This document shows positions 8,647-18,598 of a stretch of DNA of 64,000 nucleotides, piece after piece. The notes below the pieces were generated by a model. The model was not told where the DNA came from, searched no databases, and saw only the letters and a list, made by a program, of their open reading frames with translations. Each line of letters starts with the position of its first letter. Within the stretch, counting starts at the first letter, position 1. The stretch comes from a virus: positions 1-64,000 of the IMG/VR virus record IMGVR_UViG_3300046323_000419; one strand, written 5' to 3'. The translations under genes were made by a program, and so were the position numbers.

Positions 8647-9771
8647 TTATTTTTTAATATTTTTCATAAATTCATATACTTTATTTAATTCTTCTGTATT
8701 ATTACTATGTGGTAATTCTCGAAAATAATTTACTGCACCATCAAAATATAATGGACAAATAGTTCCACCACCACCTTCACGTCCTCCTAATATTTCAAGA
8801 AATCTAATATTATCCCTAAATTTAGTTATATCATAACCCATATATTCGGGTATTTCATGCCTAAAAGGACTAAATAATCCAAGTATATAATCAAAATCAC
8901 GCTGAGTCATTTTATTATCACCTAAACCATCTAATGAAGGTTTAAGTTTATTATACTTTTTATTTTCAATACTTTCTTGAGCTTGAGCTTGTTGTTGTAC
9001 AACTACGGGAATATATTTAAATCTATTTCTAAGTTTAATTAAATAATCAGAACTAAGTTTGCCTATTGATTCATGTAAAGTCATAGGTAAACCAGTATCT
9101 CTATTTTTCTCAGGTTGAATCAATGAAACATGATCTATAATTATAATTACGTACTCCTCAGGATCGTTAGCTTTATAATAATCTTCAACTTCAATAAATA
9201 CTCCAGGTTTTGTTTCAATTTTTCTTTTAAAAATTTCACCATTTGCTAAAGCATAATCTCTAACTGTTGCATAAATTCCATATCCATTTCTAATATCGTC
9301 TATAAATTCAACAATTTCTTCAATTTTTCTAAAATAAGGTTCATATTTAGAAATTAAATTTAAATTTATTTCTGATAAAATATTATCTTCTTTACTAGAT
9401 CTTAAATCTTTAGGTGCTATTCTAATTCCTTCTTTAATATAAAGAATGTTTGAAAATGCTGATAACATTTTTTGTTCAGCAGTCATTTCTAAAGTGAAAT
9501 AGAAAATTTTTAATCTAATATCTAAACCTTTATCAATAACTTGTTGAATTGTATTATAAAGAAATAGCCAATCTGTAATTTGTGATTTACCAACTTTTGA
9601 ATTTGCAGATACTAAAATTGACTTACCTTGTTCAATACCAGGCATTTCATTTTCAAATCTAGGAAGGCCTAACGGAATAGAATTAATTTTACCTGATAAT
9701 AACCTATTTCTTTTCTCTAAAATATTTTTATAAGTTCTATCGAAAAGACTTATTTTATTTTCAATCTTCAT
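8647..9771 (-). CDS. dnaB: DnaB-like replicative helicase
   Basis: Walker A ANSKVGKS, YFTLEM, IIIDHVSL, VVVQQQ, DFDYILGL. Confidence 0.88.
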   Translation of the reverse strand: MKIENKISLFDRTYKNILEKRNRLLSGKINSIPLGLPRFENEMPGIEQGKSILVSANSKVGKSQITDWLFLYNTIQQVIDKGLDIRLKIFYFTLEMTAEQKMLSAFSNILYIKEGIRIAPKDLRSSKEDNILSEINLNLISKYEPYFRKIEEIVEFIDDIRNGYGIYATVRDYALANGEIFKRKIETKPGVFIEVEDYYKANDPEEYVIIIIDHVSLIQPEKNRDTGLPMTLHESIGKLSSDYLIKLRNRFKYIPVVVQQQAQAQESIENKKYNKLKPSLDGLGDNKMTQRDFDYILGLFSPFRHEIPEYMGYDITKFRDNIRFLEILGGREGGGGTICPLYFDGAVNYFRELPHSNNTEELNKVYEFMKNIKK

Positions 9772-10306
9772 AATTAGAGTATTTATCTATAATACCATAT
9801 TTTATTTGAGCATCCTTATAAGCTTTTGCAGCCCCCTCCTCTTCAAGAAAGTTTCCTAAATTATATCTAACTTTTCCTATTCTTATTCTAGCATTCCATT
9901 TTTTTACATCTTTTTTGAAATGTACTCCTGGATATTTACTAGTTTTATTGGTATTTAAATGATAATGATTAACATTCTCCCTATTAGAAACCCATTCTAA
10001 ATTAGTATAATGATTGTTTAATTTATTCCCATCAATATGATTAACTTGTTTTAAGTTAAATTCATTATATACAAAATGACTAGCTACTAATCTATGTATT
10101 TTAAATGAATAAAGTTTATTATCTTTAGTTATTCTTATTTTTAAATAACCTTTCTTTTCTAAAGAAGGAGTTAACAATCTTTCTTGGAAAAGTCGTTTAG
10201 AATTGGAAATATGAGAGATTTCTCTTTTTAATCTTTTAACATTTCCAAAATTACTTATTTCATAATATTCTTCATAACCTATTATAGGTTTATATATTTC
10301 ACTCAT
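9761..10306 (-). CDS. NUMOD4-HNH-AP2 homing endonuclease
   Basis: YEISNFGNVK, IHRLVA, VNHIDGNKLNNHYTNLEW, SKYPGVH. Confidence 0.92.
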   Translation of the reverse strand: MSEIYKPIIGYEEYYEISNFGNVKRLKREISHISNSKRLFQERLLTPSLEKKGYLKIRITKDNKLYSFKIHRLVASHFVYNEFNLKQVNHIDGNKLNNHYTNLEWVSNRENVNHYHLNTNKTSKYPGVHFKKDVKKWNARIRIGKVRYNLGNFLEEEGAAKAYKDAQIKYGIIDKYSNYED

Positions 10307-10382
10307 TAATTTATTAGTATTTTTTACTAATAATCTTTAAGTTTTTAACATTTTTTAATTTTTTAATAATTTTTAAAGATTA

Positions 10383-10847
10383 TTAATTATTTATTTTAAC
10401 ATCTTCTTTTGTTAACCCCATTAAAGTTATAATATCATCAAATGAATGAATACCTATTCCTGATTCATCAGTTTTAATATATGATTTATTATAGTGAGCA
10501 CAATATTTAGTAACATTACTTTTATTTAAACCATAATAAAACACCCATTTATTGGCACTATCACATAAAACTAAAGATGTTTGATTATAATCATCTAAAA
10601 ACTTTTTTATAACTTTAGCGACAGATTTATTAGAAACTTGAAAATAGGTTTTACTTATTAATACAATTTCATCAAAACTTCTATATTTATTTCTAACACA
10701 TTGAAGTTCTGTAAATTCTAAATTATAATAAGTAGTATTTACAGTTCCTTTTCCAAACGGATTACTGTTAAGTCTTAATACTTTATATAAAAATGTATAT
10801 AAAGTATCTTTAGGTTCTCTAATAACATCTTTTACATATAATTTCAT
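10383..10847 (-). CDS. hypothetical protein (paralog of 11679..12104)
   Basis: Shares YxNxEFTxxQC, RS, LVxCD motifs with 11679..12104. Confidence 0.7.
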   Translation of the reverse strand: MKLYVKDVIREPKDTLYTFLYKVLRLNSNPFGKGTVNTTYYNLEFTELQCVRNKYRSFDEIVLISKTYFQVSNKSVAKVIKKFLDDYNQTSLVLCDSANKWVFYYGLNKSNVTKYCAHYNKSYIKTDESGIGIHSFDDIITLMGLTKEDVKINN

Positions 10848-11500
10848 TAACTATCTAAATTAGATTTATAAAATCCCCATACTTTAATTTCATTATCACT
10901 ATTGGGATTTGTTTCAGGTTCTGTATTAAAATCTGAAATTTCATTTAAAATATCAACAACTTCTTCATCTAAACCACCTCCCGTAATATTACATGACATT
11001 AAATAAATACCAGCATTAAAACCATTGTTTGATTTATTTTTAATATAATTCTTAAAATGATGTTTAATTACAGCTTTTGTTAATAATGATAAATCTTCTT
11101 CAGCATCATTTGCAGTTTCTGTAATAAAATCATAAATAATATCTATTTGATTTCCAATACCAACTACATTTTTAATACCACAGCTAAAATCATCACCATT
11201 ATTCATAATATTTAATTTATTTACAATTACAACAATTTCATTATTAAAATTAATATAAGTTGTATTTAAATTATCACTAGCGATACTATTGATTAAATCT
11301 TGTTCAGTTCTAACAATAACTGGTTCTGGTTCAGGAATAATTTCTTCTTCAACTTCTTCAAATAAGTCTTTATAATATCTGACAGTTTTATTACTGTCAT
11401 TAATAATCATTACAGTTTCACCTTCATCAATAACAACTGTATAATTATTACCTTCTGTAAGTTTATAATTCTTTGGATTTATGCAAATTAATTCTTTCAT
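10847..11500 (-). CDS. hypothetical two-domain protein
   Basis: Small beta-rich N-terminal domain, acidic/Pro linker, C-terminal domain with SCG and NPNSDN. Confidence 0.7.
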   Translation of the reverse strand: MKELICINPKNYKLTEGNNYTVVIDEGETVMIINDSNKTVRYYKDLFEEVEEEIIPEPEPVIVRTEQDLINSIASDNLNTTYINFNNEIVVIVNKLNIMNNGDDFSCGIKNVVGIGNQIDIIYDFITETANDAEEDLSLLTKAVIKHHFKNYIKNKSNNGFNAGIYLMSCNITGGGLDEEVVDILNEISDFNTEPETNPNSDNEIKVWGFYKSNLDS

Positions 11501-11678
11501 TTTATTTATTTTTATAATTTATTTAATATTTTTTGACCTTCTATTTCAGCTTCATTATACGTTTTAAAACCATCGTATGCAGAAACTACATATTGACAAC
11601 CTCTTTTAATATTATAATGAAATTTTTTATCATTTGATTGTGATATATACATAAATATTTTATCCATTTTTATAATTT

Positions 11679-12104
11679 TTATAAATTATCTTTAATTTCA
11701 TTATAATCAGCTAAACTATAACCATCTACACCTTTTTTAGTATAATGGTTTTTCATACTGTATTTGGAAATCCATTCTGCAGAAGTATTTGGGACATATT
11801 TTACAACTACTTTTTGAATTTTATCACACCAAACTAATATCACTGATTTATCTTCTTCAATTAATTCAAATAAGATTTTAACCATTGCTTTCATTGATGT
11901 AGCGGGAAATCTAGATTTAGTTAATTCCCACAATTCTGTAATACTACGACTAGCACCATCAATATTTTCACCTTTACCATTACATTGAATATTGGTAAAT
12001 TCAGGATTTTGATAAGATGGAATTCTTTTACCTGTTAAAAACTTCTTAATAAAATTTTTACGAGTTTTAGTTTTAGGAACGTCTGTTTCTCTTACGTAAA
12101 TCAT
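11679..12104 (-). CDS. hypothetical protein (paralog of 10383..10847)
   Basis: Shared motifs as above. Confidence 0.7.
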   Translation of the reverse strand: MIYVRETDVPKTKTRKNFIKKFLTGKRIPSYQNPEFTNIQCNGKGENIDGASRSITELWELTKSRFPATSMKAMVKILFELIEEDKSVILVWCDKIQKVVVKYVPNTSAEWISKYSMKNHYTKKGVDGYSLADYNEIKDNL

Positions 12105-12105
12105 A

Positions 12106-12288
12106 CTATCTATATTTTTTCATATCTGCAATAAATTGATTACCTTTTTCAACACCCATTCTACCTCTAATTTCAGCACCTTTTGAAAGTTGCCAAGATG
12201 ATGAATTTGTATTTCCAGAAAGCACCTCTTTTGCAAATCTTGTAGTTCTTTCTGATTTATTTTCAGATCTATTTGAATTACTTCCCAT
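12106..12288 (-). CDS. small hypothetical protein
   Basis: 60 aa, tightly packed between neighbouring genes. Confidence 0.6.
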   Translation of the reverse strand: MGSNSNRSENKSERTTRFAKEVLSGNTNSSSWQLSKGAEIRGRMGVEKGNQFIADMKKYR

Positions 12289-12296
12289 AATTTTTA

Positions 12297-12473
12297 TTAT
12301 TTTTTAAATTTTTCTTCATAAATTTCCATTAATCTACTTCTAAGTTTATCATTATCAAGCTTACCTTTAGTCATAAATTCCAATTTATTAATTCTCATTC
12401 TATTGACTAAAGGTAATACAATACTATATTGTGTATAATAACAGGTTTTTTCAAATTCTTCAAAACTAATCAT
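12297..12473 (-). CDS. small hypothetical protein
   Basis: ATG start MISFEEF overlaps the stop of an upstream 32-aa membrane peptide (MEQLFVGILMGFVLGVMIIGFLW...), so it is preferred to the TTG start at 12509. Confidence 0.5.
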   Translation of the reverse strand: MISFEEFEKTCYYTQYSIVLPLVNRMRINKLEFMTKGKLDNDKLRSRLMEIYEEKFKK

Positions 12474-12577
12474 TTTCACCTTTTGTTGATTCGTTCCATA
12501 AAAATCCAATTATCATAACACCTAATACAAACCCCATCAATATTCCTACAAATAATTGTTCCATATTTTATTAATTT

Positions 12578-13186
12578 TTAACTGAGACGAGTTGTCCAAT
12601 CAGTATTATCAACTTCTTTCTCTTCAATGAAAGCACTAAGTCTAGAATCTTCTTCTTTACCATCTTTTTTATAAATGAAATAATGAGCGGCTTGAAGATA
12701 TTGATAATTATTTAATGAATTAATATAGATTTTAGCAGCTTTAAGAATATCTTCTTTGGAATAATTAGGGTTTTCTTTCATCCACCTTTCCATTTTTTCT
12801 TTACAAGCTGATGGTGATCCCATAGAGCCCACTTTAAGACCTTTCCATAGATTTCTATATTCTTCTATAAATTCATCAAAACCTTCGTTTATAACACGAT
12901 TAGATTTTTTAATAATCTTTTTCTCTTTATAATTTGAATAGTTACTATCTATTGATAAAAACTCCAATAATAATTTACCTTTTTCACGAATTATTGAATT
13001 ATCTTTAGTATTTTTTATAAATCCTTTTTCTTCTAACGATAATGCGGTTTCATCATAATCAAAAATTTCTTCTTTGCTAGATTTTATTAACAATAAAAAT
13101 TCTTCAGGAGAAATATTCTGTTCTTTTAGAAAATTTAAATCTAATATAAAAGCTTCTTTCATATCATTTCTTTTTAAATTGTTCAA
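12578..13186 (-). CDS. putative replication initiator / helicase-loader-like protein
   Basis: Winged-helix-like N-terminus (LEEKGFIK), FDEF..LW and ILKAAKIY region similar to phage replisome organisers. Confidence 0.5.
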   Translation of the reverse strand: MNNLKRNDMKEAFILDLNFLKEQNISPEEFLLLIKSSKEEIFDYDETALSLEEKGFIKNTKDNSIIREKGKLLLEFLSIDSNYSNYKEKKIIKKSNRVINEGFDEFIEEYRNLWKGLKVGSMGSPSACKEKMERWMKENPNYSKEDILKAAKIYINSLNNYQYLQAAHYFIYKKDGKEEDSRLSAFIEEKEVDNTDWTTRLS

Positions 13187-13421
13187 ACCAATCCCACATA
13201 CTTATTTCACCTATTCTTTCTTCAATATCAGGTGTGTAATTAGGTCTTACATCAGAGTTTTTATCATACCATTCTATAATTTTTATAAAATTTTTAACTT
13301 CTTCCTCACTATACATTCTTTTTTCTTGCCATTTAGCACCCTCACAAAAAAATGATTTATAATTTCTAAATCTTGTATTATTAAAAAATTTTTCAGTAGC
13401 TTGTTCTAATGTTTCTGTCAT
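13164..13421 (-). CDS. hypothetical phage protein
   Basis: ETLEQA, GAKWQEKRMYSEEEV, WFEQFKKK pattern recalled from Flavobacteriaceae phage proteins. Confidence 0.65.
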   Translation of the reverse strand: MTETLEQATEKFFNNTRFRNYKSFFCEGAKWQEKRMYSEEEVKNFIKIIEWYDKNSDVRPNYTPDIEERIGEISMWDWFEQFKKK

Positions 13422-13493
13422 TTCTTTTTAGTTAAATTAATTACAATCATAGCCATAATAAAGAAGAATAATACTATACCTCATATATTATTA

Positions 13494-13679
13494 CTAATCA
13501 TAATCTTCAATTAAATCTTCATTAATAGATAGTAGAAAATCTTCTTCAGTTTCTTCAGATATTACACCTGTACCATCACATAATGTACAAGTTTGATATT
13601 CAAATCCTTTTTTACCATTAGTTTTAGGAATCATCACATTTGTTGCTCCTATACATTTAGTGCATAATTTAGTTTTCAT
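13494..13679 (-). CDS. DnaJ-type zinc-finger protein
   Basis: CTKCIG ... CTLCDGTG; start taken at MKTKLC. Confidence 0.65.
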   Translation of the reverse strand: MKTKLCTKCIGATNVMIPKTNGKKGFEYQTCTLCDGTGVISEETEEDFLLSINEDLIEDYD

Positions 13680-13753
13680 ATTTTTATTATTTTTTTCTAC
13701 AGTTACATAATGAATTATCACCTTTACAAATGTTACACATCCAATACATATAT

Positions 13754-13957
13754 TTAATAATTGTTTTCATAATATTCTATTTTATTTGATTCGATTTCCC
13801 ACGATTCTTGATTAATTTCTAAATAATCCATAACCTGATGAATAGTTACATCCATTTCTAAATCTTCTTGAATTTTCTCAGATATTAATATTGGATTAGT
13901 AATTTGATGTTGTTCCATGACAAGATCTATTGCAAAAACGTATTCTGGTTTAGTCAT
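13754..13957 (-). CDS. small hypothetical protein
   Basis: 67 aa, starts 2 nt after the polymerase stop. Confidence 0.6.
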   Translation of the reverse strand: MTKPEYVFAIDLVMEQHQITNPILISEKIQEDLEMDVTIHQVMDYLEINQESWEIESNKIEYYENNY

Positions 13958-13959
13958 AA

Positions 13960-15975
13960 TTATTTAAGTTTATCAATAATACTGTAACATTCTTTAATGT
14001 AATAATCATAATTTAAATCGTATTCATATTTTTCATACTTGTTAAATAAAGTACATTTATAACCAGACTCTAAATTTTCATCTCTATTTTCAGCATCAAC
14101 TTTAACATCTTCAATAATATCAAATATATTTAATTGATTTGGATCAAATTTTAATTTATATTTATCAGTTTCAGTTAAGAAATGTTTTTCTAATGGTGGT
14201 AATTTTTTAATTAATTCAACACCTACATTAGATACATAATATCTATTCATTTTAGATAAAGGTTCTTCAATTAAATCATAACCTTTCCAATAACGTTGAA
14301 CTAATTCATTTTTACCTTTCATTTTAGCACCTAAACAGAAATCATATATTCCATAATTTTTTGCAAAAGAATAATCATCATATAATTTATCAGAATTATT
14401 TAAAGTATAAGCATAATTTTGTAAATGATTATAAATAGTTGATTCTATAGATTCATTATTTATAAAATAATTAGCTAATGCAATTGGTACAATTCTTTTA
14501 GAATGATTTTTATGATAATCTCTATCAATTTCAAAACAACCTTTAAATTTAATATTATTATCTGAAATAATATTGATATAATTATTAACGTCTCTTATTA
14601 TAATTTTTTCACAAGTTTGAATTTCTAAAGGAATATTAACTACTTTTTCAATTTCATTACAAGCTTTAATTAAACTATCATAATCAGATTTATGAATTCT
14701 ATACATAGCACCATCAGTATTTTCAAAAATAATAGTTGGTTCTATTTTACAATATTCAAAAACTCGTTCTGTTAATAAAGTTAATATCAATTGTCCATTA
14801 ATACAAATTGCTAATTGCCATTTTGGATCATATAAAAATGCATATTTATCTTTAGATAAACCGTAACTACCATTAAGAATAATTTTTAATACATAATTAC
14901 GAGGATCTTTCTTATCATAAAGTTTTCTATCTTTATAAAATCCCTCATATATACTACTAAAAATTGGTTCTGGAATATGTTCTGGATGTAATTTATTTCT
15001 AAATGAAATATGTGGATAAAATGAAGCATAGTCCACGTCGCATAAAATATAATCATCATCTGTTTCATATACACCAGCTTTACCAAATGAATGTAATCCA
15101 CCTTCAGCATATTCTCTTACAACATTTTTATAAGTTCTACTAAAAGATATTGAATACTTTTTAGATTGTTCAGCATTCATATTAGATGTATCAATCCATT
15201 TATATGAATTAAACTTTTCTAATACTTCTTGATTTAATGGATCATTAAACTTTAAATAATCAAATATTATATCCTTAATGTTTATTTCAGAACGTTCTGT
15301 TCTTAATTTAGAAAGAGTTTTAGTATCTATTTTCATTTCTTTTGATAAATATTTACCAAAGATTTCTTTAGACATTTTGATTTCAGAAGCATTTATTAAA
15401 TTTATACATTCTAATTGAGTATAAAACTTTCTAATTTCAATATGTTTAGAACTAAGATTATAAAATTTCTCAGTGGCTTCAATATCATTTTTGCAGTAAC
15501 TAATAATTTCATCCATTTGACCAAATGTTAATATTGTACCAGGTTTATATGGTAAATCTTCAACATTAGGTAATCTCATAGCAAATTCAAGCCATTTAAG
15601 CGAAGTACTTTTATTTTTATTATCATAGTGCCAAATACGATACAAATCTAATTGAGGTATCTTAATTTGATTATCCCAAATAGCTGAATATTTAGTGTTG
15701 ATAATAGTTTCAACTTCTTTATAAATTTCTTGAGCAGTTAAAAGTTTATTTGATTTTAATATAGTATTATGCAATACTGGATAATCAAAATTAAGATTAT
15801 TAAAACCTATTAAACCTTTAACTTGTTCATTAAGAAACTTTTTTAAATTGATTTGATCAGATTTTCTATCACTTATTTCAAAATAATGATAATTATTTGT
15901 AATAATACATTTAAATACTGCTAGAAAGAAATTGGGATAGGTTTCTAAATCCCAAATAAATAATTGTTTATTCAT
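13960..15975 (-). CDS. DNA polymerase family B with 3'-5' exonuclease
   Basis: WDLET (ExoI), GFNNLNFD (ExoII), YCKND (ExoIII), DYASFYP (motif A), KIILNGSYG (motif B), ENTDG (motif C). Confidence 0.93.
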   Translation of the reverse strand: MNKQLFIWDLETYPNFFLAVFKCIITNNYHYFEISDRKSDQINLKKFLNEQVKGLIGFNNLNFDYPVLHNTILKSNKLLTAQEIYKEVETIINTKYSAIWDNQIKIPQLDLYRIWHYDNKNKSTSLKWLEFAMRLPNVEDLPYKPGTILTFGQMDEIISYCKNDIEATEKFYNLSSKHIEIRKFYTQLECINLINASEIKMSKEIFGKYLSKEMKIDTKTLSKLRTERSEINIKDIIFDYLKFNDPLNQEVLEKFNSYKWIDTSNMNAEQSKKYSISFSRTYKNVVREYAEGGLHSFGKAGVYETDDDYILCDVDYASFYPHISFRNKLHPEHIPEPIFSSIYEGFYKDRKLYDKKDPRNYVLKIILNGSYGLSKDKYAFLYDPKWQLAICINGQLILTLLTERVFEYCKIEPTIIFENTDGAMYRIHKSDYDSLIKACNEIEKVVNIPLEIQTCEKIIIRDVNNYINIISDNNIKFKGCFEIDRDYHKNHSKRIVPIALANYFINNESIESTIYNHLQNYAYTLNNSDKLYDDYSFAKNYGIYDFCLGAKMKGKNELVQRYWKGYDLIEEPLSKMNRYYVSNVGVELIKKLPPLEKHFLTETDKYKLKFDPNQLNIFDIIEDVKVDAENRDENLESGYKCTLFNKYEKYEYDLNYDYYIKECYSIIDKLK

Positions 15976-16194
15976 ATAATTGTGTTACAAAAATATCTCC
16001 ATCTTTGAAGTTTTCTTTTTTAATATATTCCATAATTTTTATTAATTAGTTATTATTTGCTATTTTATTATTCATAATATAGTTTGTTAAAAAATAAATA
16101 TGGGTTACTTGATCAGCTTGTGTCAGCCAATACTCATTTTCACCCATATTTATCAACTAAACTAACTAAACTATATATTATGAAAACATAGTTT

Positions 16195-16264
16195 GAGAGT
16201 GTAAGAAAATCGACTTCCCACTTTCGTAAGTACTTACGCTGTGCTACCAATACACTACCACTCT
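16195..16264 (-). tRNA. degenerate tRNA-like element without anticodon loop
   Basis: Acceptor AGAGTG/CACTCT, D arm GTGT-ATTGGTA-GCAC, T arm GGGAA-GTCGATT-TTCTT; the anticodon arm is the palindrome CGTAAGTACTTACG. Confidence 0.55.
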
Positions 16265-16274
16265 ATTAGTTATA

Positions 16275-16499
16275 CTACAACCATCTAGGTGGTTTTTCTG
16301 GTAATGAAGGTATAATATTAATTAAATATATTATCCAATATACAAATGATATTGGTATAAATATACTCATTAATAAATTTGTTTTAACCTCTTCCCAAGA
16401 ATATTCTGTTTTATTAATATCTTTTACGATATATCTGTTAATATAATAACATATAATCATAATTACTAATAATATTAGTATTGTTATAAATGTTTCCAT
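16275..16499 (-). CDS. small membrane protein
   Basis: Two hydrophobic segments. Confidence 0.65.
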   Translation of the reverse strand: METFITILILLVIMIICYYINRYIVKDINKTEYSWEEVKTNLLMSIFIPISFVYWIIYLINIIPSLPEKPPRWL

Positions 16500-16952
16500 A
16501 ATTCTTTATTTTTAGTTATTTTTTAAACTGTTATTTAAATCTATTCCGTTCCATAAATGAGTAAAAACTATTTCACCATTAGGAAATTGTAAGCGACACA
16601 TTGTTTTCATAATTAGTGCATATTAAATCCACTTTTATAATTCCATTTATATAAAAATGATTTTTTTAAATCTTCTTGTTCAGGATAATATTTTCCTGTT
16701 ATTAACCATTTGATAGGTCTGTAAATTACTAATACAAATATAATAGTTGGTATTAGTAATATTACAGATAATCTCCATAAAAACTTAATCATTTTCTAAT
16801 TCTTCCAAAGTTCCTAACATATTGATAATAATTCCATCAGCGTCAATTATAATTTCTGAAACTTTTTTTGGTGGTTTAGATAAAAGATGAGTTTTAAAAT
16901 CTTCAAACACTTCATCGTGAGTGATATTAATTATTATTGTTTTCATAATTAA

Positions 16953-17243
16953 TTAGATTAAATATTTAATATTTAAATTTATGCGATTATTTCCTTTAAT
17001 AATTTTAGAACCAAATTTATTTGAAAATTTATGTAAATGCATTATATTACATTCTCCACAAATTATTTCAAATTCTTTAATTATTCCAGTAAATGTTAAA
17101 TTTTGACTTCCACAATCAGGATCTTCATCAATATTTCCTTTAAGAAACCATTTAAATTTATCTCCTATTGAAAATATTTTATTATCTGATTTTCTTTTAA
17201 AAGATAATATTTCAATTTGATTATTTAATCTTGAATCATTCAT
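16953..17243 (-). CDS. hypothetical protein
   Basis: 96 aa ORF. Confidence 0.6.
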   Translation of the reverse strand: MNDSRLNNQIEILSFKRKSDNKIFSIGDKFKWFLKGNIDEDPDCGSQNLTFTGIIKEFEIICGECNIMHLHKFSNKFGSKIIKGNNRINLNIKYLI

Positions 17244-17385
17244 TAGTTAAATATTCTTTTAAATATTTTAAAATATAAATAATAATAATTGTTTTAATTG
17301 TTGTTTTAATAGGATTTTCTTTAATTTCGTCAATATATGTATTAACTGTATTTTCTAATTTTGCAATTATTTTTTTCATTTTTAA

Positions 17386-17841
17386 TTATCTTTGAATTGT
17401 TGTTAATTGATTTTTTACTAAATTTGGTATTGTTTCAATAATTACTACACCTATTTTGTAAGTTAGAATTATTATTATTATCATTAAACAATGTTTTAAT
17501 ATTTTTAATAATAAAGAAGATTTTGAATTTTCCATTTTAGGCTTAATTTTTATTTTAGTTTTATTATTTATTAATGATGTATTTTCAATTAAACCATATT
17601 CTTTTAATTGAGTATTTGTCATTTTATCTCTCCAAACACAACTATAATGGTCATTATGACAATAATAATAACTTTTATTGAATATATTATATTCAATTGT
17701 ATTTTCTTCCCATCCATCTGTTTTTGAATGACATATATATTTATACCAAGGTTTAGCAATACATACTAATATTATAATTATTGGTATTCCAGTTATAATT
17801 ATTCCAAATATAAAAGGATGGTTACATATAAAATCATTCAT
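17386..17841 (-). CDS. membrane protein
   Basis: Hydrophobic segments at both ends. Confidence 0.6.
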   Translation of the reverse strand: MNDFICNHPFIFGIIITGIPIIIILVCIAKPWYKYICHSKTDGWEENTIEYNIFNKSYYYCHNDHYSCVWRDKMTNTQLKEYGLIENTSLINNKTKIKIKPKMENSKSSLLLKILKHCLMIIIIILTYKIGVVIIETIPNLVKNQLTTIQR

Positions 17842-17843
17842 AA

Positions 17844-18221
17844 TTAATTATTTAATGAGCAATCTGATGGAATACAATATTGTTTTTCACCACAATCACA
17901 TTTTAATTTATTCAACATTTGAATACCTATATGTTCTTGAACTTCAATTTTTCTAGTTTTAACTGGAATTGACCAATTTTTAGATTTATCATCAAATCTA
18001 AAATCATTTAAAACAAAATTCCAATAAAGTTGCCAAAGATATGTCATATAAGGTTGAGCCAAATAACCATTTTTATTATATATATTCTTTAGTTTACTAA
18101 ATTCATTTTGTTGAACTAATCTTAGATGTTTGAATATTTCCTGAGATTCAATAGCTTTAATCATAGAAGTTATTTTAATTCCTGAATAACCTGCTTTTTG
18201 TAATGTTGTAACTGTTGTCAT
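17844..18221 (-). CDS. hypothetical protein with Cys-rich C-terminus
   Basis: CDCGEKQYCIPSDC. Confidence 0.65.
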   Translation of the reverse strand: MTTVTTLQKAGYSGIKITSMIKAIESQEIFKHLRLVQQNEFSKLKNIYNKNGYLAQPYMTYLWQLYWNFVLNDFRFDDKSKNWSIPVKTRKIEVQEHIGIQMLNKLKCDCGEKQYCIPSDCSLNN

Positions 18222-18242
18222 AATTTGTTAGTTTTAGTTTAA

Positions 18243-18578
18243 TTAAATCACTTTAAATATATTTGCAGTAACTGCAGTAGTATAAGAATGTGTTTGAGGT
18301 AATTCTTCAATTTCTAATAATCTTGGTGGACAACCTCCTCCAAAATAATGAACGCGTTTAATAGTATAAGTTTCATTTGGGTTTACAAAATTATCGTTTT
18401 TGTCATTATGCCAATAACAATTGCAACTCAGTGAACAAGGATTATCGCTAATCATTATTTTATCACCAATATTATAATTTCTTTTTTTCCAAGAATCACT
18501 ATAATTTTTATCTAATTTTTTAAATTCTTCAACTTCTTGACTTGTTGGATTTTTGGGAAATATTATATCTTTTCTCAT
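18243..18578 (-). CDS. hypothetical protein
   Basis: 111 aa ORF. Confidence 0.65.
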   Translation of the reverse strand: MRKDIIFPKNPTSQEVEEFKKLDKNYSDSWKKRNYNIGDKIMISDNPCSLSCNCYWHNDKNDNFVNPNETYTIKRVHYFGGGCPPRLLEIEELPQTHSYTTAVTANIFKVI

Positions 18579-18598
18579 TTTTCTTATTTTTTAAATTT

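Noticed and set aside
7485-10306. HNH genes as group I intron ORFs
   Set aside because: Flanking genes appear complete and there is no room for an intron core
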